Source: Nitrospinaceae bacterium
GTDB lineage: Bacteria > Nitrospinota > Nitrospinia > Nitrospinales > Nitrospinaceae
DNA length: 64,000 bases
NCBI GenBank assembly: GCA_965223665.1
Contig: OZ245011.1
Coordinates: forward strand, 1,856,001-1,920,000
Direction: 5' to 3'
Shown one piece after another: positions 56,403 through 64,000 of the stretch (position 1 is its first letter; the number at the start of each line of letters is the position of its first letter). Position numbers and translations under genes: made by a program. The notes beneath the pieces were generated by a model. The model worked only from the letters and a program-made list of their open reading frames with translations. It did not search any database and had not been told where the DNA came from.

Positions 56403-59228
56403 TTAAGGATCAGGAGGAAGTTCCACCTGGGTTTCTTCCATTCTTTTCCGTTGCTCATCCAAAGATTTTTGAACGCGCCCCAAATTCTCCTGAAACGCTT
56501 TCATAAAAGTCGGGGAAATCCATCCTCCAAATCCTTTTTTAAAAATGGCTCTATCTTTGGAATAGCTCTGCCGTTTCAGCATCTTTTCCATAAGGATCAT
56601 CGAGGCATCGTTCTTTTGCCGCTTGATCTTTTCAAAAAAACTGGAGTATCTATTAGAAAGATCCATGCTGAACACACAGTCATACGTGTTCGGTTTTATT
56701 TTACTGCAGGAATGCGCTTTGGCACTGTTGATGGTGGTGATCATATATGGAACACTGGGGTTGAAAAAAAGCTGAAATGAAATACTGTGACCGGACAGGA
56801 CACGCTGAAAATTGAGGGACAGCTTACGCGAATTCACATAAGCTTGCATAATTTCCACTTCACCCACCGCACCGGCGGCCTTGGGCTTGCCTTCGTTCCG
56901 GGCCACAATCTCTTGAAATTCTTCCTCCATTTCCAATTCCAATTTTCGTATAGCGAAACGGCCTGCCAAATCCATACGACCCAATAAATTGGTATCCCCG
57001 CGAAGACTTAAATGCCGATACATAAACTCTCTAAACTCTTTAAACGTTACCGATTTATCTGTTATAAACTCTATTAGCAGTTTTTTCGCTTCCTTGGCAT
57101 CCAATTCGCGTCGTTTCCAGAATATTTTTATATTGCGTCGAAACTCTCTTCCTTCGAGGTCTTGATAACGGGTCGTGTATTTATAATGCCAGATCATTCC
57201 CGCCTGCAGCGCCTGTAACTTGCGCCCGAGAGTATTGATTTCTTCCGGTTCACCTTTGATCCTTGCATACAATTCCGGATCATAATATTTCGGTTCTGTA
57301 CGGATACGGCTGGCATTTTTCTCCGCCAATTCGGAACGGGTTTTAAGCGGTGAATTTTTTATAAGGTCCAGCGTCCAAGGCATTTTAGTTTGATAAAACC
57401 TAATGTTGCGTTGATCACAGGGAATGGCGGTTCGCGGAAGCGGTTGTTTAGAAGGAGGAGGGATTCCCAAGCGTTGTTCAACTATCTGATCAAAGGCGGC
57501 CAGATAATTTTCTTTGGGAGACACATTACATTTCTTAAACGTACCCAATCCTATACGGATCACTGTGCGTAATTTCTTTAAACTTTCTATCCTATATCCC
57601 ATTTCTTTTGCGGGAACGGGAAATAATTCTTCCGGATCATCCCCTTTCACATTTTGGAGGATAAATCCGACAGGCCGGTCTATCGGCGGCCCTGCGGGAC
57701 CCATAGGATTTCCTTGCCCATCACTGGCAACGTAATGAAACAGCAGTTCGAGGCTGGGCGCTAAGCCTTCTTCGTTCAGTAGCACCACTTTCGGGCAATC
57801 TAATTGACGTTCTTCTCTTGGGTTATAAATGTGAGAATCTGCGGATTGTTTGGGTTTCGGTTTCGGTGGAGATAAAAAAGAAGTTTCCTTCAAAAAGTTT
57901 TTAAGAATCGCTTCATCAAACAATTCTTCCGCTTCATCCAGTTTCTCAGGATAAAGTCGATTGATCTCCTGCAGGTAGCTGCTTTTGATTTCGCCTGCCC
58001 GCTTAATATCACACTGACTGATTTTCCCCGCACGTCCAGCAACCGATTTCGCCTGGCGGATGATCTGGTCGCGCGGCACAGGAGGGCCCTCGGATTCCGG
58101 GATAGCTACATGCGTCGCGGCGGGGTCGACATCCCATTGTTTAAACCCGTGACCGGCTTTTTGAATGGCTTCTTTGAAGGCGGCTTTATCCGATTTACCC
58201 AAACCAATGTAACGCAGGCGACCTTCATTGATGAGTTCCTTAATTTCTTCAGGATCGGTATTCCCCGGTTGGTTCAATTTCGCCATGGCTGCGGCAAGCC
58301 AGTCTCTACGTTCCCGTTTCATTTCAATAAACCGAAGAGCGATGGAAGAAGAAAATTGAAGTCCCAGATCCCAAAAGGCACGTCTCATTTCCTGCCTTTG
58401 CCAGTTATATTCGTTTTCTTTCGTGGGTTTAAAACAGGGAGAGATCGTTTTATTCCAAAGATCGATTCGTTCCTGTTTACCCATACCGCGGAAGGATCGC
58501 CCAAAGACCGGAACAAAATAATGGTCTTGAAATAAATCGGCCATAAGATGATACGGTCGGGTTCGAAAGTCCACCTTCGGATAATCTTTTTCGACTTGTT
58601 CACTCCACGCAATGATTTTTCCACAGGGGATGTCATAGGTTTTCCCAGGTTGAGGTTGTTCTGAAGGAAAACCTCTTCTTCCTGCGCGTTGGTTGGTCCG
58701 TCCACCGGAACGCCGGCGGCGGGTTCCCTCTCTTTGGGTTTGTTGTCGGTTTTCCTGTGGAACCCGGGTGCTCTGTTCTCTAGAGTCCGTCGAGGGCCGA
58801 CGTCCACTAAAAAAAACATCCCGTGAAACGAAGACTGCATCAAATGGTTTGCAGAAGCGGTTACCTTGAGAAATAAATAAGGTATCTCCCTGGCGATTCA
58901 GCGAAGCTTTGAATGAAAACCGATACCCTCTGGGTATTTTCCGTATCCATTTACCTCGATTGATTTTCCAATGGCCTCCTCTGGGAATATACCTTCCGGT
59001 AATCAGGTGGCTGCCTTCTTCTGAACCACCACCAAATTCATGTCTGTAATGAATTTCACCTTTCAGGTTATCGCGAGAAGTTTCCTGCAGAACGATTTCA
59101 AGAAAGTACTTTTCTCCGTCGCAGATCGCTGTCCCTTTCCAGGTGCCATTCATTTCACCAGCAAAACTATTACCTGAAAGAGAAAGGACTGAGAGGATTC
59201 CTATAAAAAACTTCAACAAAGTTTTCAT
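56403..59228 (-). CDS. large exported hypothetical protein
   Basis: Signal peptide MKTLLKFF...SFA, GTWKG beta domain, Arg-rich linker, helical remainder. Confidence 0.75.
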   Translation of the reverse strand: MKTLLKFFIGILSVLSLSGNSFAGEMNGTWKGTAICDGEKYFLEIVLQETSRDNLKGEIHYRHEFGGGSEEGSHLITGRYIPRGGHWKINRGKWIRKIPRGYRFSFKASLNRQGDTLFISQGNRFCKPFDAVFVSRDVFFSGRRPSTDSREQSTRVPQENRQQTQREGTRRRRSGGRTNQRAGRRGFPSEQPQPGKTYDIPCGKIIAWSEQVEKDYPKVDFRTRPYHLMADLFQDHYFVPVFGRSFRGMGKQERIDLWNKTISPCFKPTKENEYNWQRQEMRRAFWDLGLQFSSSIALRFIEMKRERRDWLAAAMAKLNQPGNTDPEEIKELINEGRLRYIGLGKSDKAAFKEAIQKAGHGFKQWDVDPAATHVAIPESEGPPVPRDQIIRQAKSVAGRAGKISQCDIKRAGEIKSSYLQEINRLYPEKLDEAEELFDEAILKNFLKETSFLSPPKPKPKQSADSHIYNPREERQLDCPKVVLLNEEGLAPSLELLFHYVASDGQGNPMGPAGPPIDRPVGFILQNVKGDDPEELFPVPAKEMGYRIESLKKLRTVIRIGLGTFKKCNVSPKENYLAAFDQIVEQRLGIPPPSKQPLPRTAIPCDQRNIRFYQTKMPWTLDLIKNSPLKTRSELAEKNASRIRTEPKYYDPELYARIKGEPEEINTLGRKLQALQAGMIWHYKYTTRYQDLEGREFRRNIKIFWKRRELDAKEAKKLLIEFITDKSVTFKEFREFMYRHLSLRGDTNLLGRMDLAGRFAIRKLELEMEEEFQEIVARNEGKPKAAGAVGEVEIMQAYVNSRKLSLNFQRVLSGHSISFQLFFNPSVPYMITTINSAKAHSCSKIKPNTYDCVFSMDLSNRYSSFFEKIKRQKNDASMILMEKMLKRQSYSKDRAIFKKGFGGWISPTFMKAFQENLGRVQKSLDEQRKRMEETQVELPPDP

Positions 59229-59467
59229 GGCAAAAAATATCTCAGAATTTGTAAACACAATATATGAAGAATACGGAATGAACGCAAGCTTCTTGCCGGG
59301 AGTCTGATCTTTTTTTTCCATAAAATACTTAAACTATCTCAAGTTTTTTATTTGGCAAATATCATTTAAAAAAAATTTCTTATTGAAACTAAAAGGATTT
59401 TTAAAACACCTTTTTTTCATGACACCCTTTTAAGGCTGATAATACGGTTAATATCGCCTTACCCTAA

Positions 59468-59495
59468 TTGACTATTGTTAGACGTCGCCTATAAT
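59468..59495 (+). promoter_or_regulatory. sigma70-like promoter
   Basis: TTGACT-N16-TATAAT. Confidence 0.6.
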
Positions 59496-59666
59496 CCCTA
59501 CTAAAAAATTTTTCAAAGATTCATTTCAAAGAGGCGAATGGCCGTTCCTATTTTAGCTGGCTTAAAAGGGTTTTCATCCACATCAAAATTTGAATAGCCT
59601 CTTTAAATATTTTCAACCGTTCAAAAGTGATTGAAGAAAATTAAAAATTTCTTCGGGGGGAATCAC

Positions 59667-61214
59667 ATGCAAAGGGCATTTATATTATTCGTGGCTTTGA
59701 TGTTGCCATTCGTTTTTAACTCGCCGGCACTTGCCATCACCGATACATTTTCTAACCCCGACGACAGTTATGGCCGAAGTACCTCCCCCTCCACAAACTT
59801 TGGAACCGAAGCAAGTGTCATTTCCGATGGAGTGGCACAAGATCCATCCAATGGAAATTTTGGAGAAGTGGTTGGAATTTTAAAATGGAATATTTCCAGC
59901 ATACCGGCAACGGCAACTGTGTCCAGTGCTTCCATTACGGTAAATCTCACCAACAACAGTTCCGGGGATTATAATTTTTTAACTCAAACTGGAGCCTGGA
60001 CCGAAGGAAGTGTCGCCTGGAACAACTTTAATTTTGGCGGAACCGTTTTAGGGAGCATTCCCGCGTTTGCTTTCGGAAGCACCACCGTCGTCTTGAATGC
60101 TTCGGGAATTGCCCTGATTCAGGGTTGGGTGGACGGTTCCATTTCTAATGATGGAATTCTTATTCGCACCAGCGGCACCAACAACAGCATTGCCTTTGAC
60201 TCCAAAGACTCCTCTGGTTCACCTGCAACTTTAGAAGTGGTTTACACCAATGACCCCATTGGAGATGGAGACCCACCGGAAATAGATAGTGTGATTGTGG
60301 CCGATGATGCATGCGGCACAGGATGCGACACTTTAACAATATTGGGTTCAAACTTAAGGGATATCAGCAACGTGAACGACATTCCCGATGTCCGGCTGGC
60401 AGGGTCTTCAGCCCTTCCTTTGAATGCAGGGGATCCCGGAACCACCGAAACGGTCATCGTGGATCTTTCAGGAGTCAATCATCCGGGGGACGGCAGTCAC
60501 CGATTAAATTTTTCCAATTTGAGTGGAGACACTTCGATCAGTGTCACCATTGGTGCGCAAGGACCTGCGGGACCGCCAGGACCTCCCGGGGATTCTTTTG
60601 CCGGTCTAAGCTGTACAGCGAACTCCGTCTGTGGTAACGGCGTTGTAGAAGCGGGGGGACCCCTTCTGGGATTTTCCGCTGAGGGGAATCTGATTTGCCA
60701 AAATCAGGAAGAGTGTGATGACGGCAACACTATTAATTTCGACGGATGTGAACCCAACTGCACCTTATGTGGAGCCGATACCTTTGAGCCTAACGACACC
60801 CAGGCGACTGCATTTTTTCTTGGCACCATCACCGATGCAGACGACGATGGAGATTCCATATTAGGAACGCTGAATCCTATAGAAGAGGAAGATTGGTATT
60901 CCGTCGCCATCACCGAGGACAATCCCCTCGCTACCATTGACCCTCGATTATCCTGGTCGGTGGAATTGACTGCGTGTGTTTATTATCAGTGCACCCAGGG
61001 AACCACCGAAGTCACCTGCAATTCGGGAACCGCCGATGTAGCCCCCAACGGCGCTTTGGGTTGCTGCAGCATCAGTGGACCTTCAGGAACTACCCAACAA
61101 ATTCAACCGAACTGCCTGGGCGGAATCGACGATAGCGGCACCGCATACTTCCGAGCACTAAAAACCCCTGTCCAGACCCAGTGTCGGCCCTTCATTTTGG
61201 ATTGGACCCCCTAA
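59667..61214 (+). CDS. secreted DNRLRE-like protein with Ig-like, collagen-like, Cys-rich (myxococcal-type) and PPC-like modules
   Basis: N domain very similar to 47069 ORF; GAQGPAGPPGPPG; CGNGVVE..EECDDGN..DGC; D.FEPND, EEDWY. Confidence 0.8.
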   Translation: MQRAFILFVALMLPFVFNSPALAITDTFSNPDDSYGRSTSPSTNFGTEASVISDGVAQDPSNGNFGEVVGILKWNISSIPATATVSSASITVNLTNNSSGDYNFLTQTGAWTEGSVAWNNFNFGGTVLGSIPAFAFGSTTVVLNASGIALIQGWVDGSISNDGILIRTSGTNNSIAFDSKDSSGSPATLEVVYTNDPIGDGDPPEIDSVIVADDACGTGCDTLTILGSNLRDISNVNDIPDVRLAGSSALPLNAGDPGTTETVIVDLSGVNHPGDGSHRLNFSNLSGDTSISVTIGAQGPAGPPGPPGDSFAGLSCTANSVCGNGVVEAGGPLLGFSAEGNLICQNQEECDDGNTINFDGCEPNCTLCGADTFEPNDTQATAFFLGTITDADDDGDSILGTLNPIEEEDWYSVAITEDNPLATIDPRLSWSVELTACVYYQCTQGTTEVTCNSGTADVAPNGALGCCSISGPSGTTQQIQPNCLGGIDDSGTAYFRALKTPVQTQCRPFILDWTP

Positions 61215-61382
61215 CCTTACTTTTCAACCGTACATTCCCTTCCTATCTCCTTGTAAAACTAAGGATGACAAAAAATACATTTGAGCAATGACAGACTCTT
61301 TATCTCCTTTGGGATATTATTTTTTCGAATTAATACTTGGTTAATTTGGAGAGTTCAAAGATTTCGAATTGAGGGGAACGTT

Positions 61383-63131
61383 ATGGAAAACCAATGGAAT
61401 TCTTTTGTAGAGCTGTTACAGGTGAGAGCACAAGTCCAACCCAATGATCGCGCTTTTACTTTTTTAGATGAAAAAGGAAATGAAGAAGCCATCCTTACCT
61501 TTGAAGAACTCGATCGCCAGGCAAAAGCAGTGGCAGGGTATCTTCAATCGACGACCCAACCCGGGGAACGCGTTTTACTGTTTTTCCCACCGGGTCTGGA
61601 TTTCATCGTAGGATTCTTTGGTTGTTTATACGCTCGCTTAATCGCAATTCCGGTGTTTCCGGGAAAACGAGAACAATCATTAAACAATATTCAAAGAATT
61701 ATTTCAGATGCTCAGGTCTCCGTTTGCCTGACCAACAAATCTTTTTACAAGAAAATTAATCACTTTCATTTTAAAAATACGGACTTGGTAAACCTTCCCT
61801 GGAAGTGCGTGGACGACCTGGCTTTCCAATGTGAATATGATTGGAATCAACCCCTCATTCAAAAAACCGATTTGGCATTTCTTCAATATACTTCAGGATC
61901 TACCGGCAACCCTAAAGGTGTGATGGTGAGCCACCAGAATATTTTGCATAACTCTGAAATGATTCGCGTGGGATTTGGGCACACACAAAAAACTGCATTT
62001 GTAGGATGGCTGCCTTTATTTCATGACATGGGATTGATCGGAAATGTTTTACAACCTTTATATTTGGGAATTCAAAGCGTCATGATGGCCCCATCCACTT
62101 TTGTATCCAACCCTTACCGTTGGCTGCAGGCGATTTCCAAATACAGAGCCACTACCAGTGGCGGACCTAACTTCGCGTTTGATCTTTGTGCGCATACGGT
62201 CACTCCGGAAGAAGTCGCCACTCTGGACCTTAGCAGTTGGGACAATGCTTTTATAGGAGCGGAACCCATTTTCTCCTGCACCATGAAAAATTTTTACAAT
62301 GTTTTTAAATCCTGTGGGTTCAAATGGAATTCTTTTTATCCTTGTTATGGAATGGCCGAGGCCACCTTGTTTATCTCCGGAGCAAACAAAAGCAATCCAC
62401 CAACTTTACTGACCCAAACCACCAGCGAGTGCAATGACAATTCGGACCCATCGGAAATTTCGGAAATTATTGAAACCGAGAAAACCTATATTGGTTGTGG
62501 CCGAAGCTGGCTCGACCAGGAATACTTAATTGTCAATCCGGATACCTCGATTCCCTGTGATGAGAATGAGGAAGGAGAAGTTTGGGTTCGAGGAAACAAT
62601 GTGGCTCAAGGGTATTGGAATCAACCGGAACAAACTAAAAAAACTTTTCACAATTATATCCTGGGCAATGAAGCCGGTCCTTTTTTACGCACAGGAGATT
62701 TAGGATTTATTAATAACGGTGAGCTATTCATCACGGGAAGGTTAAAAGATATTATCATTATCAACGGTCGTAATTACTATCCTCAAGATATAGAAAAAAC
62801 TGTTGAGAAGTGCCATCCCTCGATACGCATCCACAGCACCGCGGCTTTTTCAATTGAACAAAAAGCCAGCGAACGCCTGGCCATTGGATGCGAAGTCAAA
62901 AGAGAATTTGTAAGAAATCATAATCTGGAAGAAATCGTTTCATCCGTGCGCTCTTCCATAATGGAAAACCACGCGCTCGACACCACGGCGGTGGTTCTCC
63001 TGAAACCGGGAAGTATTCCTAAAACTTCCAGCAATAAAATCAGAAGAAGTCTTTGTAAACAGTATTTCAACAATGGTGAATTCAAGAAAGTAGGTCAATG
63101 GGAAGAGCGGGCACAAGCCGTTCCTCTATAA
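61383..63131 (+). CDS. fatty acyl-AMP ligase (FAAL)
   Basis: LQYTSGSTGNPKG, WLPLFHDMGLIG, PNFAF, YGMAEATL, LRTGDLG, GRNYYPQDIE, PKTSS.KI.R. Confidence 0.93.
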   Translation: MENQWNSFVELLQVRAQVQPNDRAFTFLDEKGNEEAILTFEELDRQAKAVAGYLQSTTQPGERVLLFFPPGLDFIVGFFGCLYARLIAIPVFPGKREQSLNNIQRIISDAQVSVCLTNKSFYKKINHFHFKNTDLVNLPWKCVDDLAFQCEYDWNQPLIQKTDLAFLQYTSGSTGNPKGVMVSHQNILHNSEMIRVGFGHTQKTAFVGWLPLFHDMGLIGNVLQPLYLGIQSVMMAPSTFVSNPYRWLQAISKYRATTSGGPNFAFDLCAHTVTPEEVATLDLSSWDNAFIGAEPIFSCTMKNFYNVFKSCGFKWNSFYPCYGMAEATLFISGANKSNPPTLLTQTTSECNDNSDPSEISEIIETEKTYIGCGRSWLDQEYLIVNPDTSIPCDENEEGEVWVRGNNVAQGYWNQPEQTKKTFHNYILGNEAGPFLRTGDLGFINNGELFITGRLKDIIIINGRNYYPQDIEKTVEKCHPSIRIHSTAAFSIEQKASERLAIGCEVKREFVRNHNLEEIVSSVRSSIMENHALDTTAVVLLKPGSIPKTSSNKIRRSLCKQYFNNGEFKKVGQWEERAQAVPL

Positions 63132-63193
63132 GAACGAACATACAAACTCGTTGAAAATTTCGAGTTGACTTAAAAGTGGGGAGAAAACTTTAA

Positions 63194-64000
63194 ATGAAAA
63201 ACAAACAGGATTATCATTCCTATTGCAAACCCAAGCTAGCTGAACTGTTGTCCGCTCTCAAGCTGGACATATGCGCAAAGTCTGCGCAGGGAAATTATAT
63301 TCAGGACGAGTCCAACCATCAATACCTTGACCTGGTTAGTGGATTTGGCTCAGCGATTTTAGGCCACAACCATCCGGACATTGTTAAAACGGCAACGGAT
63401 TCTTTACAAAATAATCTTCCTGTTAATGTTCAGGGAACCGTGCGCAGTTCGTCCGCAAAGCTTGCGAAACGGTTGAATGAATTACTGCCAACCAACAGCG
63501 AAGCGTATTGCGTCAATTTTTCAAACAGTGGAACCGAAAGTATTGAAGCGGCCATCAAGCATGCGTATAAAGTCCACTTTGAAAAAGTCCAACGCAAATA
63601 TGAACATCTAAGTCGCGTACTCAACGATTTCTACTATAAAGTTGAAAACATGCCGAACCGCCCGGAATTACCCGGGAAGAATAAGAGCCTGGTCGACTTT
63701 CGCGATGACCTGGACGAATACAATTTAGAGCAGTTTGAAACGTTTCAAAATAATCCTGTCATGATTGGCTTTAAAGGCGGGTTTCACGGAAAAACAATGT
63801 CCAGCCTGAAAGTGACATTCAACAAATCGTTCCGGGAAATTTTTGAAGGTTTATCATCCATCAAACCGGTTTTTATTGATCCCAAAACTCCGGAACGCAT
63901 TGAGGAAATTCGAGACGAACAAACCTGTCTGTTTCTTTATCCGGAATTGGTCGGAAACAAAATTGAATTGCGCACCACTAAAATCACCAAAGTGATCGGT
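63194..64000 (+). CDS. class III (PLP) aminotransferase, partial (runs off window; not in ORF track)
   Basis: GGAG RBS; YLDLVSGFGSAILGHNHP, NSGTESIEAAIK, GGFHGKT, with about 60-aa insertion. Confidence 0.9.
   Translation, partial: MKNKQDYHSYCKPKLAELLSALKLDICAKSAQGNYIQDESNHQYLDLVSGFGSAILGHNHPDIVKTATDSLQNNLPVNVQGTVRSSSAKLAKRLNELLPTNSEAYCVNFSNSGTESIEAAIKHAYKVHFEKVQRKYEHLSRVLNDFYYKVENMPNRPELPGKNKSLVDFRDDLDEYNLEQFETFQNNPVMIGFKGGFHGKTMSSLKVTFNKSFREIFEGLSSIKPVFIDPKTPERIEEIRDEQTCLFLYPELVGNKIELRTTKITKVIG

Noticed and set aside
718-63624. Many short antisense or alternate-frame ORFs in the track (for example 718, 1027, 5901, 17104, 23234, 41028, 50715, 58110, 63430)
   Set aside because: They are shadows of well-supported genes, with no RBS or domain signal.
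1-64000. Prophage, IS or integrative element; tRNA/rRNA
   Set aside because: No integrase, transposase, phage structural gene, terminal inverted repeats or RNA-gene signatures were recognised.

Overview
A 64-kb bacterial chromosomal window, mostly AT-rich, with no rRNA, tRNA, CRISPR array or recognisable transposase/integrase. Gene content suggests a Gram-negative chemolithotroph, possibly Nitrospinota-like (inference only). Blocks: (1) 0-7.4 kb heat-shock/envelope block (HtrA, three Hsp20s, one membrane-anchored, an amidoligase), bracketed by two paralogous secreted mini-proteins, each preceded by a conserved, covarying, pseudoknotted 5' RNA leader. (2) 7.4-20.7 kb sensing island: Amt-PAS-(FixL-like PAS)-HK-REC fusion, FIST/NosP-type protein plus a paralogous hybrid kinase, NarL-type regulators, an output-less HAMP sensor and a SulP transporter. 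(3) 20.7-39.5 kb peptide/gamma-glutamyl block: kinase/ATP-grasp-M20/GGT/FGase operon, Hc1-like protein, two duplicated ggt copies (one frameshifted) flanking MgtE/MscS genes and the CP-ATP-grasp/alpha-E/Anbu/transglutaminase operon. (4) 39.6-41.6 kb gene pair sharing a curlin/RHIM-like putative amyloid motif (membrane-anchored protein plus exported TPR protein). (5) 42-48 kb tandem array of four secreted DNRLRE-like plus 15-aa beta-solenoid repeat proteins, with a fifth relative at 59.7 kb. (6) Accessory genes and the start of a FAAL plus class-III aminotransferase lipid cluster. Best candidates for undescribed systems: the shared amyloid-motif pair, the pseudoknotted leader/peptide units, and the Amt/heme-PAS kinase.
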